Part shown: positions 50,623 to 60,943 of the stretch, piece by piece
Layout: each line of letters opens with the position of its first letter
Numbering within the stretch: the stretch's first letter is position 1
Source: an uncultured Bdellovibrionales bacterium
GTDB lineage: Bacteria; Patescibacteriota; Minisyncoccia; Moranbacterales; UBA1568
Length of the DNA stretch: 64,000 nucleotides
Assembly: GCA_964444815.1 (NCBI GenBank)
Contig: CAYUIR010000001.1
Location: 78,031-142,030 of the forward strand
Direction of reading: 5' to 3'
Notes under the pieces: model-generated
Told to the model about the DNA's origin: nothing
What the model saw: only the letters and a program-made list of their open reading frames with translations
Databases searched by the model: none
Program-made: the position numbers and the translations under genes

Positions 50623-52530
50623 TTATTCCTGACCGGGTTCAATGAGTACCGTCACCCGACTGTTTGAGCTGGGGACCGTCCTCGTGAACCACTGGGGCTT
50701 GAAGGCAATCTCAATTTTCTTGATCTCTGGGAATGACGCCAAGACTTCATCGATACCCTTCTCATCTTTACCGAGGATGGCTTCTTCGAACACGTCGCGA
50801 TTGATCACTGACTCTGAAATTACCTTGGCATGAGTCTTTAACTTGACTGTCCGAGCGTCGAAATCGGGTACTGCCTCTCCATAACTTAGGACCACATCGA
50901 CTGGTTGAAACGATACGCCAGAAACCATATTCTTCCCCTGCGAGAGTATATACTGCTTGATGGCTTCTTCTGAGTACACGAAGCCTCGTATCCGATAGGT
51001 GTTTTCGTACTCAAACGATGTCGCCACTGTACCCGAAAGTGGTAACGTGGCGTCGCTCAATGAGATGATATCGAGATTCTCCTCCAGGATACGTTCACCC
51101 GGCAAAAGCTCTGACTTGGCGCTTTCGAGAAATACCTCTCGCGCCCTAGTCCGTGCTTCGAGCGAGGCTTTTTCAAGGTCGGACTTGGCAATAACGGTTT
51201 GATTAGCACTACCACTCCCATCACTGCCGCCAGCCATGGCCTTGACGATTCGGGCCGAGAATTTATCATACTTGGGACTCCCCTTGAAACCAGGGATGGT
51301 AAAAGTTCCCGAAGAAATATTGTAACTCGTACCTGTCTGATCGGCGATGACGCTCGCCTCGATGGTCCCAGGAGTCGTCCCCTTCATCCCCGGCACTGTT
51401 ACGCCCTCAGTGAGACGAAATACCTTGCCATCAGCGGTCTCAAATCGAGTCGTAGCCACGAGAGACTGTGGATCACTGCTAAACGTGTTCGAGATAGCTA
51501 TCGTCCCGCGAGCTTTCTGAGTGGTACCAGCGGCGGTACCAGTCGCCTCGACTGAAAGTTTGGCCTTCTGTTCTTTTTCAATGATACGAACGGGCACCGT
51601 AAGAGTATCAGATGGTTCTACATCAGCCCGACCCTCAAATGGGAGGTCAACTTCTTGCACCGTTCGGTATGGTACGACGTGCACCTCTGCTTTGGGGAGA
51701 AAAAGAAATGTCCCCACACCGATGAGTGACATAAGCGAAATACCTCCAAGTATGGCAAAAATTCGGCCAGCCTTGGGCGATGTCACGGGGATGCGAGGCG
51801 CGGATGAAGGGGTCACTTCGGCCAACTTTGGCTCTGACTCATTTCTCGGTACGCCACCTTGGGTAAAAAAATTGCGGAGACGAGCTTCTCTACCGGTTTG
51901 AGTGGCCTCGCGATTCGCTCCACGTTCGCTTGGGGTCGGAGGCACGACAGGCATCGAGCGCTCAATCGGGAGTACTATCTGTGGTCGGAGACCCTGCGGA
52001 GCGGGTTTCGCTTGCATACTCGGCGCACCATCAAAGCGCTTAGAATTGAGACTCGGTGGCCGTTCGGGTGTAGCATTGCGGATACGAAGTGTCCGAGCTC
52101 CGGGCGCCGCTGGCTCTCGAGCGGGCGCACTCTTTGGAGGCTTGATCCCCCCTCCGTAAAAATCACTACTCCCGATATCTTGAGATCGGAGTCCACCGAG
52201 CGTGGGCTTGATGGTAGAAAGAGGCGCAGGTGTCACTTCCGGGGTGAGTTCGATATGCTCTGCAGCGCGTGAAAAATCGTCCGTATAGCGCTCGGCCGTG
52301 AGCCCAGCCTTCTCAGCGAGGAGCATCCCAGCCTCGTCTTGGGTCACGATCACGATACGTTTGCCAAGCTTTTCTGCTTCACGCTGAAAGAGTCGTAGGT
52401 TGACAATACTCTGGAGGACTAGCGCGCGCTTGGGAAAGACAAAGTAATTCTCCTCGGATGATGAGCGACGCAATCGCCCAATCACGGAGATAATTTCTTC
52501 GTCGTTTTCGATATAAAATGTCTGAGGCAT
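50623..52530 (-). CDS. bitopic membrane protein: small cytoplasmic domain, Pro-rich linker, TM, large ectodomain
   Basis: 635 aa. TM IFAILGGISLMSLIGVGTFLFL near aa 255. The start lies 4 nt after the ftsA-like stop. Confidence 0.6.
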   Translation of the reverse strand: MPQTFYIENDEEIISVIGRLRRSSSEENYFVFPKRALVLQSIVNLRLFQREAEKLGKRIVIVTQDEAGMLLAEKAGLTAERYTDDFSRAAEHIELTPEVTPAPLSTIKPTLGGLRSQDIGSSDFYGGGIKPPKSAPAREPAAPGARTLRIRNATPERPPSLNSKRFDGAPSMQAKPAPQGLRPQIVLPIERSMPVVPPTPSERGANREATQTGREARLRNFFTQGGVPRNESEPKLAEVTPSSAPRIPVTSPKAGRIFAILGGISLMSLIGVGTFLFLPKAEVHVVPYRTVQEVDLPFEGRADVEPSDTLTVPVRIIEKEQKAKLSVEATGTAAGTTQKARGTIAISNTFSSDPQSLVATTRFETADGKVFRLTEGVTVPGMKGTTPGTIEASVIADQTGTSYNISSGTFTIPGFKGSPKYDKFSARIVKAMAGGSDGSGSANQTVIAKSDLEKASLEARTRAREVFLESAKSELLPGERILEENLDIISLSDATLPLSGTVATSFEYENTYRIRGFVYSEEAIKQYILSQGKNMVSGVSFQPVDVVLSYGEAVPDFDARTVKLKTHAKVISESVINRDVFEEAILGKDEKGIDEVLASFPEIKKIEIAFKPQWFTRTVPSSNSRVTVLIEPGQE

Positions 52531-52534
52531 ACCA

Positions 52535-53824
52535 CTATCCTATTATGTGTTTGACTATTTTTTTTTCAAGTGATTCCATACTCCGATGGAGGATAGCAGA
52601 GAGCATCTTTTCTTCCTCAATAGCATCGAGAAGCGCCAGATGAGCGAGGCCAATCGGGGTCATATCCTGGGGATTATTGAGTTCACCCGTCTCATCGGTG
52701 ATACTCGCTACATCATGAGGCTGGAGAAAAGAAACCTGGGGTGGCTTGGAAAACGGCAGCGTCCCAGCCCATTCTGGAGTAAGGAGTGACTGTTTGATAC
52801 CCGGGAGCGCCGAACCACCACCACAGAGAAAAATACGTGATGGCAGGAGATCAGTCTCAGCAAACTCCATAAGGGAGAGCTCTACTCCACCGAGCCAAAT
52901 CCGACAGTCATCGGCAAACAGCGCTGCCACCCGCTCGGCATCATCGCTCTTGAGTCTCCCGTTGGCGTAGTCGAGTTTCATAGTTTCGGCCAGCTCAAAA
53001 GACAGACCGAACTCTTGGGCCAAGCGTTTGGTAAAAGCACGACCGCCGAGAGCAAACATTTTGGTCCCTTCGAGACCGCCATTTCTGACGACTGCGATAT
53101 CGGTCGTCCCACCACCGACATCAATAAATATGGCACTAAAATCCATCATATCCTCAACCTCAACCGAACGGGCGACCGCGTAGGGCTCGGCCGCTACTGA
53201 GAGGAGGTCGAGATCAAGCTCATCAGCAATCGTCTCGAGAGCTCCCAAGTGAATCATTGGGGCGTAGGCGTTAAACACGCTCATTGATACTGACCGGCCC
53301 TGGAAATCTATGGGGTTCAAGACATGATAGCCATCGATACGGACATCTACCATGGCAGCATTGATGAGCTTCACATCGATATCATTCTGACCCGTCTCCC
53401 ACGACAGCTGGCGTTTGATACGTTCATAGGCCTTTTCCTGGACCTTTTGGATGATCATCTTGAGCTCGGACACGCCGATGTGCATCTCTGGATTGACTCG
53501 CTCATAGTGCACGGTCGTTGTCGTCCCCTTGACGAGCTCACCTGCGATACCGATAATACTCTTCTCAATACGCTTGACCCCTGCCTTTTCCTTGGCGATA
53601 GTGATGGCCTCTCGCGCGGATTCAATCACGCCGCTGATGTCAGAGACGGCGCCACTTTGCATATTGCCAATCTTCTGGGCTGTCCGACCGACGCCAATGA
53701 CCACCCCTCGCCGAGCACCCTTTTCAATACGAAGAATAAGCGCTTTGACCACCTCGGTCCCGATATCAAGCGCCAAGACCAAATCTGAATCTTTACGAAA
53801 TGAGAGACTACCAAAAAGACCCAT
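52535..53824 (-). CDS. ftsA: actin-fold ATPase, FtsA-like (FtsA/PilM family)
   Basis: LALDIGTEVVKA, FIDVGGGTTDIAV, LCGGGSALPG. Confidence 0.8.
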   Translation of the reverse strand: MGLFGSLSFRKDSDLVLALDIGTEVVKALILRIEKGARRGVVIGVGRTAQKIGNMQSGAVSDISGVIESAREAITIAKEKAGVKRIEKSIIGIAGELVKGTTTTVHYERVNPEMHIGVSELKMIIQKVQEKAYERIKRQLSWETGQNDIDVKLINAAMVDVRIDGYHVLNPIDFQGRSVSMSVFNAYAPMIHLGALETIADELDLDLLSVAAEPYAVARSVEVEDMMDFSAIFIDVGGGTTDIAVVRNGGLEGTKMFALGGRAFTKRLAQEFGLSFELAETMKLDYANGRLKSDDAERVAALFADDCRIWLGGVELSLMEFAETDLLPSRIFLCGGGSALPGIKQSLLTPEWAGTLPFSKPPQVSFLQPHDVASITDETGELNNPQDMTPIGLAHLALLDAIEEEKMLSAILHRSMESLEKKIVKHIIG

Positions 53825-53859
53825 AGTATACGCGAAATGTTTGTGTTTCTATTATAGCA

Positions 53860-54885
53860 CTACCCGAGTCGTTCTGGGGCGATACTCTTTCTCATGGTCT
53901 CCATCGTTGACTCATCGAGGAGCCCCTCGATGGCACCATACTCCCCGACGACGCTTCCGCTATTGGCAATCCCACAGGCAAGCGCCTCAGGCAGTGTCCG
54001 GCCAGCTAAGTGCGCCCCAAAGAAGCCTGATCCAAACGCGTCACCTGCTCCGGTACTATCTACTACCGTAGTGCGTGTATGAATCGGACAGTACCAGAGT
54101 TCCGTCCCGTCATAGCCCCAAGCCCCCCGTTTGCCATCAGTCATCCCAATCATCTTGACACCATGACGGGCGAGACTCCGGAGGAGAAAAGCTTCGTCGT
54201 TCAGTTCATCATCAGTCGGTCGAGGACTCGATTGCATGAGGAGCTCGATGGCTTCGTCCTTATTGAGGAGAAGCACGTCGACCTCGGGAAGCATCTCAAA
54301 GATATACTTGGCATCCTCACGGATATTGTGTTGCCCCGGATTGAGCGCGAGCTTTTGTCCATACTGCTTTTTGGCCTCGCGTATAGCCAAGAGATTAGCG
54401 TGCCAATCGCCATTTAAAGCACTAACAAAGAGCCACTCTGCCCCCTTGAGTCGAGATGACTCGACGACGAGTCGTTCATTGGCATCACGATTGTGAAAGA
54501 TGGTACGCTCGCCAGTCTCCATGACCACAATGATAGCCGAGAGGTCAGTCTTGGCATCGGGATACGTCGTAAGGAGGTCTGTGGCGACACCGATACGGTC
54601 GAGTTCGTGCACGATGTACCGACCAATTTCGTCTCCACCGATACAACTGTATGTTGCGACAGTGCGACCGAGTCGAGCCAAACCACAGGCGACATTGGCT
54701 GCTACGCCACCAATCGCTTCGTAGCGATCGGCGACGCGGTACTTGCCACCGAGCTCAAACGCGATTTTCTCTTTGGCCGTGATATCATCAGGCGTCTCGA
54801 TAATGATGCCTTCATCGGTCGGAAAAAATATATCCTTGGAGGATGATCCGATACAAATAACCTCTGGACTTTTATGAAACCACAT
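53860..54885 (-). CDS. PfkB-family carbohydrate kinase
   Basis: GGVAANVA and DSTGAGDAFGSGF motifs. Confidence 0.85.
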   Translation of the reverse strand: MWFHKSPEVICIGSSSKDIFFPTDEGIIIETPDDITAKEKIAFELGGKYRVADRYEAIGGVAANVACGLARLGRTVATYSCIGGDEIGRYIVHELDRIGVATDLLTTYPDAKTDLSAIIVVMETGERTIFHNRDANERLVVESSRLKGAEWLFVSALNGDWHANLLAIREAKKQYGQKLALNPGQHNIREDAKYIFEMLPEVDVLLLNKDEAIELLMQSSPRPTDDELNDEAFLLRSLARHGVKMIGMTDGKRGAWGYDGTELWYCPIHTRTTVVDSTGAGDAFGSGFFGAHLAGRTLPEALACGIANSGSVVGEYGAIEGLLDESTMETMRKSIAPERLG

Positions 54886-54896
54886 AGTGGACTCGC

Positions 54897-56207
54897 TTAC
54901 TCAGTTAGTGTGACAGGTATCTCAACCTTCTGCAGCTCTTGATAGATTTCGGAGAGGCGATTGTACTTGGCGAGGCGTTCACCTCGGGAGAGCGAGCCTG
55001 ATTTGATGAATTCAGCCCCCGTCCCGACAGCCAAATCAGCAATGAAATCATCCGGTGTCTCACCAGAACGATGAGAGATAATGCGGTTCATGCTATTTGC
55101 TTGAGCAAGGCGCATACAATCCAGGGTCTCCGACACCGTTCCGATCTGATTGACTTTGATGAGGACGGCATTGCAGGCCTTTTCAGCAATCGCTTTTTCC
55201 AATCGAGAGACATTGGTCACCAGGAGATCATCACCGATGAGCATGACGGTCTGGTGCCATGAGGCTGGCTCACGCTCGAGCTTTTCCTTCATAGCGGCCC
55301 ATCCCTGCCAGTCTTCTTCATGGAGACCATCCTCGATCGACACGATAGCGTGCTTGGTCATCCATTCGCGATAGAGATTGACCAGCGATTCTCGTGACAG
55401 CTTTACGTCTTCGGGCTTCAAAAGATACTGATCCTCAGTCTTATCATAAAATGAATCAGCTGCCACATCGAGCCCGATATAGATCTGCTCCCCGAGCACA
55501 TAACCTGCCTCACGCACCGCCTCACCGATGAGTTCGAGTGCCTGAGCATGTCCCTCCACTCGTGGAGCAAATCCACCCTCATCGCCTACCGCGGTGGTGA
55601 AGCCTCGTTGATGGAGCAGTTCTTCCAAGGCGTGAAAAATCTCACTCCCAGCCCGGAGCTGCTCAGGAAATGAGGCAATACCAAAGGGAACAATCTTGAA
55701 TTCCTGCACTGAGAGCCCAGAATCGGCGTGTTTACCACCATTCACGATGTTGAACATCGGGACTGGGAAATGCCCCTTGGCTTCTTTCTTGCCATACAAA
55801 CTGGCGATATGAGTATGAAGTGGTACACCTGCGGACAAGGCGGCAGCACGACAGACAGCAAGTGACACCCCGAGGATAGCGTTCGCCCCGAGTCGCCCCT
55901 TGTTGGGTGTCCCATCGAGCGTCCGCATCGCCTGGTCAAGCTCGGTCTGCTTCGATGCCTCCATGCCTCGCACCGTATCAGCTATGATCGTATTTACGTG
56001 CGCCACGGCCTGAAGCACGCCTTGGCCACGGTAGCGTCTGGTGTCGCCGTCACGAAGCTCCAATGCCTCAAAAGCACCGGTTGACTTCCCCGAAGGGACC
56101 CCTGCCTTGGCCACGGTGCCATCGTCGAGTGTCACCCGAACCTCGACGGTCGGATCTCCCCGTGAATCAAGAATTTCACGCGCCCAAACTTCCAAAATCT
56201 TTGCCAT
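54897..56207 (-). CDS. eno: enolase
   Basis: REILDSRGDPTVEV, SHRSGETPD, LLIKVNQIGT-like segment. Confidence 0.97.
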   Translation of the reverse strand: MAKILEVWAREILDSRGDPTVEVRVTLDDGTVAKAGVPSGKSTGAFEALELRDGDTRRYRGQGVLQAVAHVNTIIADTVRGMEASKQTELDQAMRTLDGTPNKGRLGANAILGVSLAVCRAAALSAGVPLHTHIASLYGKKEAKGHFPVPMFNIVNGGKHADSGLSVQEFKIVPFGIASFPEQLRAGSEIFHALEELLHQRGFTTAVGDEGGFAPRVEGHAQALELIGEAVREAGYVLGEQIYIGLDVAADSFYDKTEDQYLLKPEDVKLSRESLVNLYREWMTKHAIVSIEDGLHEEDWQGWAAMKEKLEREPASWHQTVMLIGDDLLVTNVSRLEKAIAEKACNAVLIKVNQIGTVSETLDCMRLAQANSMNRIISHRSGETPDDFIADLAVGTGAEFIKSGSLSRGERLAKYNRLSEIYQELQKVEIPVTLTE

Positions 56208-56272
56208 ACACTTGTATAAAGCCCAAAAATCAAATCACAAAATCCAATGTCCTCACATTACACTTCATTATA

Positions 56273-57322
56273 TCACGCCTGGAGAGCCACGAGTCCAGGG
56301 AGACTGTCTCCACTCAAGTACTCAAGCATCGCTCCACCACCAGAAGACACAAAACTGATCTTGCCGATAGCACCAGCTTTTTCGAGTACCGCGAGTGACT
56401 CTCCACCACCGATGACTACGTACGCATCACTTTTCAAAATGGCGTGGAGGATAGCGTCAGTCCCGATGTCATAGGGCTTTTCTTCAAACTTACCCATCGG
56501 TCCATTCCAGATGATGGTCTTGGCGGTTGCAATAATCTGAGTGTAGTAGCCGATGGTTTGCGGTCCGATATCCAGACGGAGCGATGAATCAAAGTCATTT
56601 GGAAGGAGCACTCGCTCTGAGAATGCAATTTTCTGATCCAGTGCCTCATTGGCGATTCTCCCACCCACCAAGACCGCATCATAGCTCTGCTCGAGCGCCT
56701 GAATGAGCGGGAGTTTGGTCTCGATCTTGGCACCACCGATGATAGCGATGGCCGGATGCTCGGGAGCCGTCCGCACCCGATCAAGCTCGGTCAACTCCTC
56801 CACGAGCCTCAGTCCAGCGTAGGATGGCAGGAGCCTGGTCACGGCCTCGACCGAGGCATGAGCGCGGTGACAGACGCTAAACGCCTCATTGACGTAGTGA
56901 GTAAACGGAGTCACGAGTCGCTTGGCAAATTCTCCGTCGTTCTTTTCTTCTTCGCCGTAAAAACGGACATTTTCGAGGAGAAGCACCTGCCCCGGGAGGA
57001 GTGCCTCCAGTGCTGTCACGACTGAATCCCCGACGCAGTCAGGCACAAAGACGACTTCGCGGTCGAGCGCTCGGGCTACAGCATTGGTAAGTTTGGCCAC
57101 CGAATACGCTTGGTCCGGCCTGCCATCCGGACGGCCAAAATGAGTGAGGAGAGCGATTTTGACATGGGCACTTTCAGCAATCCGGTCCACGGACTTCTTG
57201 ACGATATCCAGTCGGAAATGTTCTTCGATGTCACCGATATTACTCTGCTCGATATTGAAATCCACTCGCATGAGGACACGTGCACCGGAAAAATCTACCC
57301 CCTCCATACTGCGCAGTTCCAT
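56273..57322 (-). CDS. pgk: phosphoglycerate kinase
   Basis: VLMRVDFN, LTHFGRP, WNGPMGKFE, GGGESL. Start set at ATG 57322, after the mraY stop. Confidence 0.92.
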   Translation of the reverse strand: MELRSMEGVDFSGARVLMRVDFNIEQSNIGDIEEHFRLDIVKKSVDRIAESAHVKIALLTHFGRPDGRPDQAYSVAKLTNAVARALDREVVFVPDCVGDSVVTALEALLPGQVLLLENVRFYGEEEKNDGEFAKRLVTPFTHYVNEAFSVCHRAHASVEAVTRLLPSYAGLRLVEELTELDRVRTAPEHPAIAIIGGAKIETKLPLIQALEQSYDAVLVGGRIANEALDQKIAFSERVLLPNDFDSSLRLDIGPQTIGYYTQIIATAKTIIWNGPMGKFEEKPYDIGTDAILHAILKSDAYVVIGGGESLAVLEKAGAIGKISFVSSGGGAMLEYLSGDSLPGLVALQA

Positions 57323-57351
57323 AGGTTTCTCGTCTTCAAAAATTACTGAAA

Positions 57352-58488
57352 TTATTCGCCCATGCCGAGGATGCCGATCATGACACCAATGAGCGCGGTC
57401 AGTGCTGTAAATATCCAGGCGCGCATAACAATCTTGGGCTCTGGCCATCCCTTGGCTTCAAAATGATGGTGGATGGGAGCAGCGAGAAATACTTTGCGAC
57501 CAAAGAAACGCTTGGAAAAGAGCTGAATGGCGACACTCCCTGACTCAATGGAGTAGATAGCCACGATCACAAAGAGGACGAGAGCAGAATTCGTGAGCAT
57601 CGCGACCACCCCGAGTGTCGTCCCGAGCGCAATGGCACCCGTATCGCCCATAAAGAATCGTGCCGGGTAGATGTTGAACCAGAGAAACGCGAGGAGTGCT
57701 CCAGCGAGCGCTGCGCAGAACGCTGCGAGATCCATCTTGTTGTGTACAAAGGCAATGAGCGAAAAGGCGCTAAAGGCGATGAGTAGTACTCCGCCGTTTA
57801 ACCCATCAAGTCCGTCGGTTTCATTGGAGGAAATAGCTGCAAACAGAATAACAAAGATAAAAAGCGGAACATACCACCAGCCGATAGTGAAGTCACCGAC
57901 AGCCGGGATATGAATCTCATCCCAACCAAGCTTGCTATAAAACCACCAGGCCCCAAATCCTGCGATAAGAAACAGCCACCAGAACCGAAAAGCGAAACGC
58001 ATCCCGCCACCCTTGTTGGTCCCTTTGCCGCGGACGCTCATGTAGTCATCGAGGAGGCCAAGGAGGCCTGCCGTGACCAGTACAAAGAGTGGGAGCCACA
58101 CCTGAGAGCGCTTGAAGAAATCCAGCCGAGCGATGAAGTTCGTGTTGGTCCATTCAGCGATAAACGGGAAAACATAGTGCGAGAGGAGTACGAGAAGGAG
58201 TACTGTCACCCAGACGATGACTCCCCCCATAGTTGGTGTCCCCGCTTTGCCAGCATGGAGCTTGTTCACAAATGTGAGCTGCTCACCATTAACTGAGCGC
58301 TCTTTGATCTTGATGCCAAATTTGTACTTGTAGAGAAGATACGTCCACAGCGGCGTCAATCCAAACGCGATAAGAAACGCCAAGAGACCCGTGGTCAGTA
58401 CTTTGAGCACGTTTATGATCGTGGGAACACTCTGAATCTGCGCAATCTGTATAGCATCCATACCAAGTAATTTAAAAACTATTTCCAA
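57352..58488 (-). CDS. mraY: phospho-N-acetylmuramoyl-pentapeptide transferase MraY
   Basis: GTPTMGG, NETDGLDGL, FMGDTG, APIHHHFE. An alternative ATG at 58461 would remove the 10-nt overlap with dac. Confidence 0.93.
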   Translation of the reverse strand: MEIVFKLLGMDAIQIAQIQSVPTIINVLKVLTTGLLAFLIAFGLTPLWTYLLYKYKFGIKIKERSVNGEQLTFVNKLHAGKAGTPTMGGVIVWVTVLLLVLLSHYVFPFIAEWTNTNFIARLDFFKRSQVWLPLFVLVTAGLLGLLDDYMSVRGKGTNKGGGMRFAFRFWWLFLIAGFGAWWFYSKLGWDEIHIPAVGDFTIGWWYVPLFIFVILFAAISSNETDGLDGLNGGVLLIAFSAFSLIAFVHNKMDLAAFCAALAGALLAFLWFNIYPARFFMGDTGAIALGTTLGVVAMLTNSALVLFVIVAIYSIESGSVAIQLFSKRFFGRKVFLAAPIHHHFEAKGWPEPKIVMRAWIFTALTALIGVMIGILGMGE

Positions 58489-59522
58489 TCATGCGCCTGA
58501 AAACTCCAGTCAAACATAGACCGAATACTCTGCCAGCGTGACTGATCATCGAGGACTACGGCCACTACTTTGTGATTCGCAGTATAGTCAGTCGCTACGG
58601 CGAGCAGCGAGTATCCAGCGAGCGGGGTAAAGCCCGTCTTGGTGCCGATGAGATTCGGGAATTGACCGAGCAGTTCATCCGTATTGAAAATTTCATGTTG
58701 GTAGCGACCATCAGCCGACGAGATAAACTGCTTTTCATTGCGCATAATTTCCCAAATTTCCGGGTATTCGAGAGCATGGATAGCCACTTTCGCGATATCT
58801 GCCGCCGAAGAATAACACTCTTCCTCACGTCCATCTGGCTCCAGTCCTGAGGGCGTACAGAAGTTTGAATTTTCTAGCCCGAGCTCCTTCGCTCGCTCAT
58901 TCATGATCTTGGCAAAGCCATCCTGGGTCTTGCCAATGTGCTTGCCTAAAGCGATAGCAGCGTCATTGGCGCTATTCATAAGGGCGGCCTTCAAGAGATT
59001 TCGAACACTCATTTGCTCCCCCGGCTTGAGACGAACGCCGTTACAGAACCCGGAGCGTGGACATCCGACTCGTGTCCCCTCCGCATAGACCGCTTCTTCA
59101 TCGATGGTCACGAGTTCATCAAGATCCTTGACCCGCTCCATGACAATAGTAGCCGTAAAGAGCTTGGTAAGCGAAGCAATCTGACGCTGTTCGTGAGCAT
59201 TACGTTCGTAGAGCACTTTGCCTGATTCAGCATCCATGATGATCGAAGCATGCGCCGTTACTATAGCCAGACGAGGCGAATATTCTTTCAGTTCTGGTTG
59301 AAAACTAGTAGCGAGCTCCCGACTTTCTTCCACTACTGGCTGTACTTCTTGCGTGACGCCGAGCACCGCCCCTGCTACCGGAGCATCAAATCGGTCCGCT
59401 TCAGAAAAATAAGCATCGATCGTTGACTCGAACCACGCGAGAAGTGGCTGACTCCCACCGCTGTACCACCCAAAAGCAAAGGCGGTTGCGACAAGCATAA
59501 GACTGAGTAAGAAAAAGCGCAT
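58479..59522 (-). CDS. D-alanyl-D-alanine carboxypeptidase (S11, PBP5/6-like)
   Basis: SLTK, SAND (SxN) and KTGFT motifs. N-terminal TM. Confidence 0.88.
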   Translation of the reverse strand: MRFFLLSLMLVATAFAFGWYSGGSQPLLAWFESTIDAYFSEADRFDAPVAGAVLGVTQEVQPVVEESRELATSFQPELKEYSPRLAIVTAHASIIMDAESGKVLYERNAHEQRQIASLTKLFTATIVMERVKDLDELVTIDEEAVYAEGTRVGCPRSGFCNGVRLKPGEQMSVRNLLKAALMNSANDAAIALGKHIGKTQDGFAKIMNERAKELGLENSNFCTPSGLEPDGREEECYSSAADIAKVAIHALEYPEIWEIMRNEKQFISSADGRYQHEIFNTDELLGQFPNLIGTKTGFTPLAGYSLLAVATDYTANHKVVAVVLDDQSRWQSIRSMFDWSFQAHDWK

Positions 59523-59525
59523 AGA

Positions 59526-60134
59526 TTATTCTTCGATGGGTGATGACTTTTTTGTTTGTGTCTCCTCTTCAGATGCGACATCTGGCTGTCCAGCCAAGAT
59601 GAGTTTGAGTCGTTCATCTTGCGAGAGAGTCTCAAAATCCGGTAACTCCGAAATCTGCCCCAATCCCAATGACTCAAGAAATCGAAACGTCGGGCGGTAG
59701 AGATACCCCCGACTGTCACTCGGATTCCCCTCACGTGAAATAAGGTCTCGGAGAAGGAGGTTGCGGAGCGTAAAGCTACAGTTGACTCCCCGGATGGCAT
59801 CAATCTCAGAGCGAGATATCGGGGAGCGATACGCGACAATCGAGAGCACTTCTAGCGCCGCTTTGCTCAGGTTCTCTTGGAGCTCGCTTTTGGTCAGGGC
59901 CTCAACGATTGGGGCGTGCTCAGGTTTGGTAGCCATAAGAAACGACTCACCATCCGAAAGAATCATGAGTCCGCGCAAAGCATTACTCTGATAGTCTACC
60001 GCCAATGCTTGTCCTGCTACTCGTATCTCATCTTTGGGTGCACCGAGAATTTTCTCCAGACGAGTGAGAGACAGTGCCTCTCCACTGACAAAAAGGAGCG
60101 CTTCGAGTGATGACTGGAGGGAGGATTGAGACAT
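59526..60134 (-). CDS. scpB: segregation and condensation protein B
   Basis: LEALLFVSGEALSL...AALEVLSIVAYRSPISRSEIDAIRGV. Confidence 0.9.
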   Translation of the reverse strand: MSQSSLQSSLEALLFVSGEALSLTRLEKILGAPKDEIRVAGQALAVDYQSNALRGLMILSDGESFLMATKPEHAPIVEALTKSELQENLSKAALEVLSIVAYRSPISRSEIDAIRGVNCSFTLRNLLLRDLISREGNPSDSRGYLYRPTFRFLESLGLGQISELPDFETLSQDERLKLILAGQPDVASEEETQTKKSSPIEE

Positions 60135-60137
60135 AGG

Positions 60138-60845
60138 CTAAGAAACCAATCTTTTTATACGGATATCGCTAAAATACTTCTCCTGCTCCACCGAGATAAA
60201 GCGCTGTTTGATGAGCTCAAGCATAGCGAGAAATGAAACGATGACTTCCACCCGATTCTCGGCATTTTCGATAATCTCTCGGAACGATGACTCTACCCGC
60301 GCGCCGAGGGTCGTCTGGAGATGTGAGATTTTTTCCTCAAGCGTAATCACGAGGGCGATTTCCTTTTCTGGCAGGACTTCAAATACAGGAATATCACCGA
60401 GGACATCGACAAAATGCTGGCGAAGCATTTCTTTGGTCAGACCCTTGGGGGGATAAAAAACCACCTGTGTACCGAGAAAACTCTCACGATGATAAGCGCT
60501 TTTCCTCGTCCGAAAAAAGTTTCCCAGTCCCTGCGAGGCCTCACGAAACAAGCGATAGGCTTTGAGATGATACTCGAGGTCTTCCATCGCCTCTTCTTCT
60601 TCGTCACTAAAGGTAAGAATTGGGAGGAGCGCTCGCGACTTGATCAGGATGAGCCGAGCCGCGATGGTGAGAAACGCCGAAAGATTCTCAAGCGACAGAT
60701 GCTCTTCATCTCGAATGTAGGCAAGGTACTGATCGGCTACCTGGGCAAGACTGACTTGGGTAATATCCATCTTCTCCTTTTCGATGAGCGTGAGGAGGAG
60801 ATCAAGTGGTCCCTCAAACTTTTCCAGATGAAATTGATACGCCAT
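60138..60845 (-). CDS. scpA: segregation and condensation protein A
   Basis: FEGPLDLLLTLIEKEKMDITQVSLAQVADQYL. Start set at ATG 60845 (the ORF extends to 60872). Confidence 0.88.
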   Translation of the reverse strand: MAYQFHLEKFEGPLDLLLTLIEKEKMDITQVSLAQVADQYLAYIRDEEHLSLENLSAFLTIAARLILIKSRALLPILTFSDEEEEAMEDLEYHLKAYRLFREASQGLGNFFRTRKSAYHRESFLGTQVVFYPPKGLTKEMLRQHFVDVLGDIPVFEVLPEKEIALVITLEEKISHLQTTLGARVESSFREIIENAENRVEVIVSFLAMLELIKQRFISVEQEKYFSDIRIKRLVS

Positions 60846-60943
60846 AAGAGTCAAAACGGAGTAAAAGCGCACAAACGAAAGAGGAAATGGGACAATCCAC
60901 TTCCTCTCTACGATACCATTTTTAGCCTATTTTTGAAACTCCC

